This document shows positions 15,870-23,057 of a stretch of DNA of 24,000 nt, in pieces. Position numbers and translations under genes: made by a program. Source of the DNA: Pseudomonas knackmussii B13 (GTDB taxonomy: Bacteria > Pseudomonadota > Gammaproteobacteria > Pseudomonadales > Pseudomonadaceae); NCBI RefSeq assembly GCF_000689415.1, contig NZ_HG322950.1, positions 1,978,769 through 2,002,768 on the forward strand, written 5' to 3'. The notes beneath the pieces were generated by a model, which was given only the letters and a program-made list of their open reading frames with translations, was not told the DNA's origin and did not search any database. Position 1 is the first letter of the stretch. Each line of letters begins with the position of its first letter.

Positions 15870-17468
15870 ATGACGAAGCGCATTTCGCCACTCGTGCTGG
15901 CGATGGCTGGGGCGGGGCTTGGCTGGATTCTGCCGGCGCACGCACAACTGGCCAACGACATCACCATCGGCAACCCCAAGGCGATGGCCCTGGGCAACGC
16001 GGTGACTGCCGATTCGACCGGCATCGACGCCGTGCACTACAACCCGGCCGCACTGACCAAACTCAAGGGCCGGCAGACCACGGTGAAGCTGGTGGCCGGC
16101 TTCATGGATATCCGCGCCGGCTTCCATGCGCCGCCAGATTATGGCTCGAGCACCTTCGGCGTGACCGACGACCCGATCGCCAACTCGCACAGCCGCACCA
16201 CCACGCCGACCATGTACCTGCCAGGCCTCGGCGGCATGACCGACGTGCCGGCGCTGGTAGCGCCGCTGGCCGGCATCTCGATCAACCCGCCGGGCTCGAA
16301 ATTCACCTTCGCCACCAACGTCTACACCCCGCAGGCGCTGGGCTATTCGCGCGATTCCGACAGCGATCCGGCACGCTACGATGGCCGTCGTGTATCGCTG
16401 CAGCGGCTGACCTACTTCTCGCCCTCGGTGGGCTACCAGATGAACGACGCCTGGTCGTTCGGCCTGTCGATCGGCTTCTCGCACCAGGCCATGGCGCTGG
16501 ATACCGACTTCCGCAACCCGGGCATCCTCACCGGCCTGCTGGAAACCCTGCACAACACCACCTGCGTGCCGGGGGCGCAGGAAATCGTCGAGCTGGTGTT
16601 CAACGTCTGCGGCGGCAAGATCGGCCCTTACGACAAGCTGGCCAACCTCAAGCTGGACATGCAGCAGACCCTCTCGCCGAGCTACAACCTCGGCGTGCTC
16701 TGGGAGCCCAACGACTGGTTCGGCTGGGGTGCGGTGTACCAGAGCGAGTCGCGCATGAAGCTCAAGGGCAAGTACCGCGTCGACTACACCCAGGACTGGC
16801 AGGGCTTCTGGTCCGGCCTGCAGAGCTCGGTGTTCGGTGCCTTCCTCAGTCCGCTGTTCCCCAACGGCAACGTCGACGAAGAGCACGGCGTAGCCACGCT
16901 GAAGCTGACCAACCCGGACAACTTCTCCACCGGCATCAAGATTCGTCCGTTCGACAACTGGCAGTTCAACGCCGACCTCAAGTGGAGCGGCTACAGCGAC
17001 TGGAACAACATGACCATCGAGTTCGACAAGGAACTCGACCTGCTGCGCATCGCCAAGAACTTTGCGCCCAACGGCGCCACCGACCACAGCATCATTCTCG
17101 ACCGCGGCTACCGCGACACCTGGAGCTACGCCGCCGGCGTACAGTACGACGTGAACGACCGCCTGCAGCTGCGCGCCGGCTACGAGTACCGCCCCTCGGC
17201 GATCCCCAAGAGCAAGGCCGACGCCCTGGTGCCCATCGGCGACGCCAACCTCTACGGCCTCGGCCTGGGCTATCGCTGGGACAAGGACACCACCATCGAC
17301 CTGGGCTTCAACTACTTCGTTTCCAAGCAGAGCATCAAGGCCGGCGAGAGCTGCAACCTGACCTGCACCGGGATCGACAACCTGGTGTACAACCCCTATG
17401 CCGGCATGGATGTGGACACGACGGTGAAGGCCTATATTTTCGCACTGACCTACAACACCACCTTCTGA
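15870..17468 (+). CDS. FadL/OmpP1/TodX-family outer-membrane channel (hydrophobic-compound transporter fold)
   Basis: Signal MTKRISPLVLAMAGAGLGWILPAHA|QL. The hatch-domain signature is GNPKAMALGNAVTADSTGIDAVHYNPAALTKL. The body is long and beta-rich, and the C-terminus is the OMP-type ...YIFALTYNTTF. Confidence 0.85.
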   Translation: MTKRISPLVLAMAGAGLGWILPAHAQLANDITIGNPKAMALGNAVTADSTGIDAVHYNPAALTKLKGRQTTVKLVAGFMDIRAGFHAPPDYGSSTFGVTDDPIANSHSRTTTPTMYLPGLGGMTDVPALVAPLAGISINPPGSKFTFATNVYTPQALGYSRDSDSDPARYDGRRVSLQRLTYFSPSVGYQMNDAWSFGLSIGFSHQAMALDTDFRNPGILTGLLETLHNTTCVPGAQEIVELVFNVCGGKIGPYDKLANLKLDMQQTLSPSYNLGVLWEPNDWFGWGAVYQSESRMKLKGKYRVDYTQDWQGFWSGLQSSVFGAFLSPLFPNGNVDEEHGVATLKLTNPDNFSTGIKIRPFDNWQFNADLKWSGYSDWNNMTIEFDKELDLLRIAKNFAPNGATDHSIILDRGYRDTWSYAAGVQYDVNDRLQLRAGYEYRPSAIPKSKADALVPIGDANLYGLGLGYRWDKDTTIDLGFNYFVSKQSIKAGESCNLTCTGIDNLVYNPYAGMDVDTTVKAYIFALTYNTTF

Positions 17469-17478
17469 GGACGGACAG

Positions 17479-18648
17479 ATGCGTCGCTGCACTCCACTGG
17501 GCATTGTTCTCCTCGGCGTGGCCTTGCTGTCCGCGGGTGCGCAGGCGGGCGCCGGACGCTATCTGTCGTGGATCGACGACAGCGGGCAGGTGCACAACAC
17601 CTTCGTCGACGACGACTTCAATCGCCAACAGCGCCAGGCGGCCAAGCGCATCGACCAAAGCGACCAGGCGCGCCTGCTCGACGACGGCGGCACGCGCTGG
17701 CCGGGGAGCCAGGCGGCGGGGGAGAGCAAGCGGCGTTACTTCACCTGGGTGGACGGCCAGGGCAACCTGCAGAACAGCTTCTACGCGGCCAACCAGGCGC
17801 CTGCCGGTGGCGCCGACTACGTGCTGCCCAATGGCGATCGCTCGTCCGAGTACATCGATGCCGAGGCGTACGAAGACAAGGGCTTCGTTCGCAGCCAGAA
17901 CGGCAATCCGTACTACACCTGGGTCGACGAGCAGGGGCGCATGCACAACTCGCCGATCAGCCCCGAGGAGCGCGCAGCGGGCATTCGCCGCAACGACATC
18001 GCCTTCACCGAAGGTCGGCAGGTCGAGTTCGGCAAGCGTCCGCAGGCATTGCCTGGGCTCGACGGCAGCGGCGAGCAGACCGACGCCATGAAGGCGCTGC
18101 TCAAGGGCAGCGGCAAGACCCTGAACGACCTCTACCAGGACCTGCAGCGGCGCTGCTGCGAGCAGATCGGCGAGGGCGATTTCACCGAACTGAGTGCCGA
18201 TGAGCCGCGCTACGAGGAGCTCAACAAGTTCTCGCCGAGCTTCGATTTCCCGATGGGCAAGAGCTACTACGTGGCCATGAAGCTGCCGGCATCGCAGCAG
18301 GTCTATGGCCTGCGCGTGCGTAGCTTCGCCAACCATCAGGTGGTCTATCCGTCGCTGCTGTTCCTCGACGAACACAAGCGCCCGACCCGCCTGGTCAGCG
18401 ACGCGGTGTACAAGCTCAATCCGGAGACCTGGTACCGCTACGCCTTCATCGAAGGCACGGTGCCGGTGCGCGCCAACGAAGGTGAACGCTACGTACTGCT
18501 GCTGACCACGGACGAGGACCGCAGTCTGCAGACCCTCGACAACAAACCGTACAAGCGGCCGCTGGAAAAACTGGCGGTGAACGATGCCGGCATGAAGGTG
18601 CGCGACCACGGCGACCAGGGCGGTTTCGAGCTGGCGGTGATTCGCTGA
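17479..18648 (+). CDS. exported periplasmic protein: three DUF4124-like Y-x-W-(I/V)-D-x-x-G repeats plus a C-terminal MalM-like domain
   Basis: GAGGA lies 7 nt upstream. Signal MRRCTPLGIVLLGVALLSAGAQA|GA. The repeats are RYLSWIDDSGQVHNTF, RYFTWVDGQGNLQNSF and PYYTWVDEQGRMHNSP. The C-terminal ...FDFPMGKSYYVAMKLPA...VVYPSLLFLDEHKRP...YVLLLTTDED... resembles the maltose-operon periplasmic protein MalM, from memory. Confidence 0.65.
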   Translation: MRRCTPLGIVLLGVALLSAGAQAGAGRYLSWIDDSGQVHNTFVDDDFNRQQRQAAKRIDQSDQARLLDDGGTRWPGSQAAGESKRRYFTWVDGQGNLQNSFYAANQAPAGGADYVLPNGDRSSEYIDAEAYEDKGFVRSQNGNPYYTWVDEQGRMHNSPISPEERAAGIRRNDIAFTEGRQVEFGKRPQALPGLDGSGEQTDAMKALLKGSGKTLNDLYQDLQRRCCEQIGEGDFTELSADEPRYEELNKFSPSFDFPMGKSYYVAMKLPASQQVYGLRVRSFANHQVVYPSLLFLDEHKRPTRLVSDAVYKLNPETWYRYAFIEGTVPVRANEGERYVLLLTTDEDRSLQTLDNKPYKRPLEKLAVNDAGMKVRDHGDQGGFELAVIR

Positions 18649-18663
18649 GGTTGGGCGGGGGAA

Positions 18664-18750
18664 TCCCTGTAGGAGCGGACCTTGTCCGCGATTCGCGCGC
18701 ATGGCGCGCTCCTACAGGTTTTTCGCGGATGAGATCCGCTCCTACGGGCG
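18664..18750. repeat. REP-like palindromic element cluster at the convergent gene junction; the first pair doubles as a terminator hairpin for the + strand operon
   Basis: CCTGTAGGAGCG (18666-18677) pairs with CGCTCCTACAGG (18707-18718) and is followed by TTTTT (18719-23). A third partial copy, TCCGCTCCTAC, sits at 18736-18746. The GTAGGAGCG core is the familiar Pseudomonas REP motif (recalled). Nested small hairpins are GCGGA/TCCGC and GCGCGC/GCGCGC. Confidence 0.6.
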
Positions 18751-18761
18751 GGGCGGCGCCG

Positions 18762-19748
18762 TCAGATCTCCCGCTGCGGCACGTGCCCGAACAGGCTCTG
18801 GGCGAACTTCACGCGCTGCTCCGGCGTTTCCTCAATACCCTTGGCGCGCAGGCTTTCCAGATGCGCCTCCACTGCCTGAGTTCGGCCGACCAGGCCGCAG
18901 TCGTTGGCGATCTGGATGTTCAGGCCGGGGCGTGCGTTGAGCTCGAGGATCAGCGGGCCCTTGTCCTGGTCCAGCACCATGTCCACGCCGATGTAGCCAA
19001 GGCCGCAGAGCTCGTAGCAGCCCGCGGCGAGCTTCATGAAGCCGTCCCAGAACGGCAGCTGCACGCCGTCCACCGCGTTGGCGGTGTCCGGGTGCTTGGC
19101 GATCTTGCGGTTCAGCCAGGTGCCGCGCAGTGTGCTGCCGGTGGCGAGGTCCACACCCACGCCGATGGCGCCCTGGTGCAAGTTGGCCTTGCCGTTGGAC
19201 TGGCGGGTCGGCAGGCGCAGCATGGCCATCACCGGGTAGCCCATGAGGACGATGATGCGGATGTCCGGCACGCCCTCGTAGCTGATGCTCTTGAAGATCG
19301 GGTCGGGGGTGACGCGGTACTCGATCAGTGCGCGGTCACGGTGCCCGCCGAGGGAGTAGAGGCCGGTGAGGATGCTGGACAGCTGGTACTCGATCTCGTC
19401 GCGGCTGATGATCCGCCCGGAGACCGTCTTGTAGTTGCCCTCGAAGCGGTCGGCGATCACCAGGATGCCATCGCCGCCGGCGCCCTGCGCAGGCTTGATC
19501 ACGAAGTCGTTGCGCTCGCCGATGATGCTGTCGAGCTTCTCGATTTCCTTCTCGGTGGAGATGATCCCGTACATCTCCGGCACCTGGATGCCGGCCTCGA
19601 TGGCGCGCTCCTTGGTGATGATCTTGTCGTCGACGATCGGGTACAGATGGCGCTTGTTGTACTTCAGCACGAAGTCCGCGTTGCGCCGGTTGATCCCCAT
19701 GATGCCCTTGGCTTCCAGGGCTTTCCATCGCTTGATCAGGCCGAACAT
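18762..19748 (-). CDS. RimK-related ATP-grasp enzyme (alpha-L-glutamate ligase-like protein)
   Basis: 328 aa: MFGLIKRWKALEAKGIMGINRRNADFVLKYNKRHLYPIVDDKIITKERAIEAGIQVPE...FVIKPAQGAGGDGILVI...GYIGVDMVLDQDKGPLILELNARPGLNIQ. This is the ATP-grasp pattern of the rimK-related glutamate-ligase subgroup. Confidence 0.88.
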   Translation of the reverse strand: MFGLIKRWKALEAKGIMGINRRNADFVLKYNKRHLYPIVDDKIITKERAIEAGIQVPEMYGIISTEKEIEKLDSIIGERNDFVIKPAQGAGGDGILVIADRFEGNYKTVSGRIISRDEIEYQLSSILTGLYSLGGHRDRALIEYRVTPDPIFKSISYEGVPDIRIIVLMGYPVMAMLRLPTRQSNGKANLHQGAIGVGVDLATGSTLRGTWLNRKIAKHPDTANAVDGVQLPFWDGFMKLAAGCYELCGLGYIGVDMVLDQDKGPLILELNARPGLNIQIANDCGLVGRTQAVEAHLESLRAKGIEETPEQRVKFAQSLFGHVPQREI

Positions 19749-19751
19749 GGC

Positions 19752-21278
19752 TCAGTCCTTGAGGAAGGCTTTGAAGCGGAACAGCTCGGTCAGGCGGTAG
19801 CCGCGGTAGCGACCCATCGCGAGCATGAAGGCGACCAGGATCAGCAGCACCGCCGGGAAGGTGAAGACGAAGTACACCAGTTCCGGCACGCGCATCAGGA
19901 TGTGCGCCAAGGTGGCCGCCACCAGGGTGCCGAGGGCCGCCTTCATCGCATGCGCGGCGCCGCGCTCCTCCCAGGTGATCGACAGGCGCTCGATGCTCAT
20001 GGTCAGGATCACCATCGGGAACAGCGCCACCGACAGCCCGCTCTCGAAGCCGAGCTTGTGGCTGAGCAGGCTGATGATCGCGATCATCACCACCACGAAC
20101 GTCAGCACCACCGACAGGCGCGGCAGCATCTGCAGCTTCAGGTGCTCGAGGTACGAGCGCAGCGACAGGCCCAGGGCGGTGATCACGGTGAACAGGCCGA
20201 TGCCCCACTGCAGGCCGGTCTCGCGGAAGGCGAGGGCGATCAGCACAGGGGTGAAGGTGCCCAGGGTCTGGATGCCGATCAGGTTGCGCAGCACCAGGAT
20301 CACCAGCACGCCGAAGGGGATCATGATCATGATCTGGAAGGTCTGCTGGGTCGACAGCGGCAGGCCGTACAGCGAGTACTCGAGGAAGGTCGCGTCGGTG
20401 TTGGCGTCGGAGATCTTCGCCAGGCGGATGGCATTCATCTCGCTGCTGTTGATGCTGAAGCTGACCTGGGCCTTCTTGCCACCGTCCACGCTCAGCAGCG
20501 GCTCGTCGCCCAGCCACCAGATCACCCGGTCGTTGGGCAGGCCGCGCTCGCCGGTCTCGGGGTTGAAGTACAGCCAGTCCTTGCCGTTGTAGCTGCGCAG
20601 CCACAGCTCCGGGGTTTGCTGCTGGTTGGCCAGCAGGCGCAGGGTGTGCACCCGCTCCAGCGGCACGTGGGCGATGCCCAGCAGGGTCTCGACGATGTAG
20701 GCGCGCTTCTCCAGGCTGGTGTCGCCGGCCATCAGCAGCTTGACGTTGTCGTCGGCCTGGTTGTTGGCACGCTTGATGGTCTCGCTGACGAAGGTCTCGA
20801 TGTCGGCCGAATGCTGGCGGATCGGAGCGATCAGCGCTTCGGCTGCGATCTTCTCCGGGCCTTCCAGCGGCGGCGTGTCGCGGAAGATCGGGCCTTTCTC
20901 CTTGGGCTTCTCGCCGCTGAAGCGCTTGGTCAGCACCAGGCGGTAGTAGAGGGTCTGCTTGCCGCTGGCGCGGCGCGAAGACCAGGTCACCTTACGGTTG
21001 CCGTCGGAGCGGTTGATGCTCACGCCGTAGTTGTTCGACACGAAGCTCTCGTTGAGGCTCGTGTAGTCCTGGGTCAGTGGCGGGACGAACATCTGCACCT
21101 TCACCGGCGTCTTGGGCGCGGCTTCGAAGCTGACCCGTGCGTCGATGTTCCAGAGGTCCTCGGTTTCCGCTTCGGTCATGGGAATTCCGAGGACGAAGAT
21201 CTGGTACGCGGTGATCGAGATGCCCAGCAGCACCAGGGTCGCGATCAGGATCTTCAGGTGTAGGTTCAGAGAGCGCAT
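19752..21278 (-). CDS. membrane protein with an N-terminal anchor, a periplasmic inactive-transglutaminase-like domain and a C-terminal 7TM module
   Basis: 508 aa. The N-terminal TM is LKILIATLVLLGISITAYQIFVL, followed by an approximately 270-aa soluble domain and then about seven hydrophobic helices (FQIMIMIPFGVLVILVL ... FTFPAVLLILVAFMLAM). The stop lies 3 nt before the ATP-grasp start. The family name is recalled from comparative-genomics literature. Confidence 0.78.
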   Translation of the reverse strand: MRSLNLHLKILIATLVLLGISITAYQIFVLGIPMTEAETEDLWNIDARVSFEAAPKTPVKVQMFVPPLTQDYTSLNESFVSNNYGVSINRSDGNRKVTWSSRRASGKQTLYYRLVLTKRFSGEKPKEKGPIFRDTPPLEGPEKIAAEALIAPIRQHSADIETFVSETIKRANNQADDNVKLLMAGDTSLEKRAYIVETLLGIAHVPLERVHTLRLLANQQQTPELWLRSYNGKDWLYFNPETGERGLPNDRVIWWLGDEPLLSVDGGKKAQVSFSINSSEMNAIRLAKISDANTDATFLEYSLYGLPLSTQQTFQIMIMIPFGVLVILVLRNLIGIQTLGTFTPVLIALAFRETGLQWGIGLFTVITALGLSLRSYLEHLKLQMLPRLSVVLTFVVVMIAIISLLSHKLGFESGLSVALFPMVILTMSIERLSITWEERGAAHAMKAALGTLVAATLAHILMRVPELVYFVFTFPAVLLILVAFMLAMGRYRGYRLTELFRFKAFLKD

Positions 21279-21284
21279 GGGGCG

Positions 21285-21827
21285 TTACTCGGCAGTTTTC
21301 TTCGCAAGGGGACAGCCGGGCTGGCCGGCGGCGTATTTCAGGCTGGGATCGACCAGCGCACCGAAGCGCTTGAGCGCGTCGGAGCCGATCAGCAGCGGGT
21401 ATTGGAAGGCGCTGCGATCGGTCAAGTTCACTTCGATGGTGCGGCGCACCTTGCCCAGGCAGACCTCCAGTTCGATGACCGGGCGTGCGGTGTAGGCCTT
21501 GTCTTCGTCGGGGTCGAAATCGCCGTGGCGGCGCTTGATCTTGCTGATGCGTGCCAGCGGCCGTTCGATCGGCTCGCGGTCGGCGCTGTCGGTGGCCAGG
21601 TAGAAGCGCACCCAGGTTTCGCCATCGCGCTTGAAGCGCTTGATGTCGCGGGCGCTGAGCGATGCGGTCTTGGCGCCGGTGTCGAGCTTGGCGGCGAGCA
21701 CTTCGTCGAGTTCGCCGATGTGCGCGTATTCGTTGAGGCCGTAGACGGTCTTACCCGCGGCCTGGGCGGTGACGCCGAGGGCGGGGAGCAGGAACAGCAG
21801 CAGAAGGGTGGTGAGTCTGAGTTGCAT
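21285..21827 (-). CDS. exported retropepsin-like aspartic protease (family usually mislabelled 'ATP-dependent zinc protease', RimB-like)
   Basis: Signal MQLRLTTLLLLFLLPALGVTAQA|AG. It has AKLDTGAKTASL (DTGA, nt 21672-21683) and the retropepsin hydrophobic-Gly-x-Asp motif YPLLIGSDALKRF. The stop lies 6 nt before the 7TM gene start. Confidence 0.8.
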   Translation of the reverse strand: MQLRLTTLLLLFLLPALGVTAQAAGKTVYGLNEYAHIGELDEVLAAKLDTGAKTASLSARDIKRFKRDGETWVRFYLATDSADREPIERPLARISKIKRRHGDFDPDEDKAYTARPVIELEVCLGKVRRTIEVNLTDRSAFQYPLLIGSDALKRFGALVDPSLKYAAGQPGCPLAKKTAE

Positions 21828-22023
21828 AGGTTCTGTGCACTGGGAGACCGCGAGGCCTCTGGTACGGGAGCATCCGGCAAACGCCTGGCCCGCATGTGCG
21901 CGCTGATCGTTCGGCCGCGCCGGGAAGACGCCCAGTGGAGAGCGGGCGGCATTCTAGCATGGGGCGTTTCGGCCGCGACAACCGGGCGCTCCTGCCCTGG
22001 GATCAATGTGCGCCAGATAACGG

Positions 22024-22048
22024 AAAAGCCGGCGTTCGGCCGGCTTTT
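22024..22048 (-). terminator. rho-independent terminator downstream of ppsR (symmetrical, A-tract/T-tract flanked)
   Basis: AAAAGCCGGC (22024-33), loop GTTCG, GCCGGCTTTT (22039-48). It lies 27 nt after the ppsR stop codon (TAG, 22075-77 on the minus strand). Confidence 0.75.
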
Positions 22049-22074
22049 CGCGCTGTTTCGCTGCAGTCGAGCGG

Positions 22075-22893
22075 CTATTTTAGACGGCGCTCGACACCCT
22101 TCTCGACGAGAATCTTGGCCGAAATCTCTTCCACCGAAAAATGCGTGGAGTTGATGTAGGCGATGTTCTCGCGGCGGAACAGGTTCTCCACCTCGCGCAC
22201 CTCGAACTCGCACTGGGCGAAGCTTGCGTAGCGGCTGTTGGGCTTGCGCTCGTGGCGAATGGCGGTCAGCCGGTCGGGGTCGATGGTCAGGCCGAACAGC
22301 TTGTGCTTGAAGGGCTTGAGCGCATTGGGCAGCTGCAGGCGCTCCATGTCTTCTTCGGTGAGCGGGTAGTTGGCGGCGCGGATGCCGTACTGCATGGCCA
22401 TGTACAGGCAAGTCGGGGTCTTGCCGCAGCGCGACACGCCGACCAGGATCAGGTCGGCCTTGTCGTAGTAGTGGGTGCGCGCGCCGTCGTCGTTGTCCAG
22501 CGCGAAGTTCACGGCCTCGATGCGCTCCATGTAGTTGGTGTGCTGGCCGATGCTGTGCGACTTTCCGACGGAGTACGAGGAGTCCGCGGATAATTCCTGT
22601 TCCAATGGGGACAAAAAGGTCGAGAAGATGTCGATCATGAAGCCATTGGACTGCGCCAGGATGGCGCGGATCTCGCGGTTCACGATGGTGTCGAAGATGA
22701 TCGGGCGGGCCCCGTCCGCCTCGGCAGCAGCGTTGATTTGCTGTACCATGACGCGCGCTTTTTCTTCAGAGTCGATGTAGGGTCGCGTCAGTTTGAGGAA
22801 GTTGATGTTCTCGAACTGCGCAAGGAGACTTTGGCCGAGGGTTTCGGCAGTGATGCCGGTTCCGTCGGAAATGAAGAACGCCGTACGTTTCAT
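22075..22893 (-). CDS. ppsR: phosphoenolpyruvate synthase regulatory protein (bifunctional PEP synthase kinase/pyrophosphorylase, DUF299)
   Basis: 272 aa: [32 protein letters not shown]... It has the P-loop [19 protein letters not shown] and is divergent from ppsA. Only the 3' 819 nt of the 634-aa ORF-track entry (22075..23979) is real. Confidence 0.92.
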   Translation of the reverse strand: MKRTAFFISDGTGITAETLGQSLLAQFENINFLKLTRPYIDSEEKARVMVQQINAAAEADGARPIIFDTIVNREIRAILAQSNGFMIDIFSTFLSPLEQELSADSSYSVGKSHSIGQHTNYMERIEAVNFALDNDDGARTHYYDKADLILVGVSRCGKTPTCLYMAMQYGIRAANYPLTEEDMERLQLPNALKPFKHKLFGLTIDPDRLTAIRHERKPNSRYASFAQCEFEVREVENLFRRENIAYINSTHFSVEEISAKILVEKGVERRLK

Positions 22894-23057
22894 TGCGCTA
22901 GTGGCCTTAAGGTAGGAAGGAATCCTAGGTATGATAGGCCGCGCTTTTGCAGGGCCTTTTGCCGGGGGATTGTTACCCATTTTTCCGGCCCAGGCCAGGA
23001 CGCGGCGGAGCCGCGACGGCCGTTTTGAGCTTTTCCAACATTCAGTGGAGAGATCAC

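Noticed and set aside
15738-18702. 588-aa (15738..17504), 455-aa (17335..18702) minus-strand ORFs and the 369-aa + ORF at 16982..18091
   Set aside because: They lie opposite or out of frame to the FadL-like and MalM-like genes, which have signal peptides, RBSs and family motifs. Their composition is typical of GC-rich shadow frames.
18651-21263. 870-aa + strand ORF, the longest 'novel' ORF in the track
   Set aside because: It lies entirely antisense to two well-supported minus-strand genes (ATP-grasp ligase and the 7TM protein). It starts inside a REP element. Its composition is the low-complexity A/G/R/D/H/Q/L/V mix expected from the reverse complement of GC3-rich coding sequence. It has no recognisable motif or RBS. 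It is a shadow ORF.
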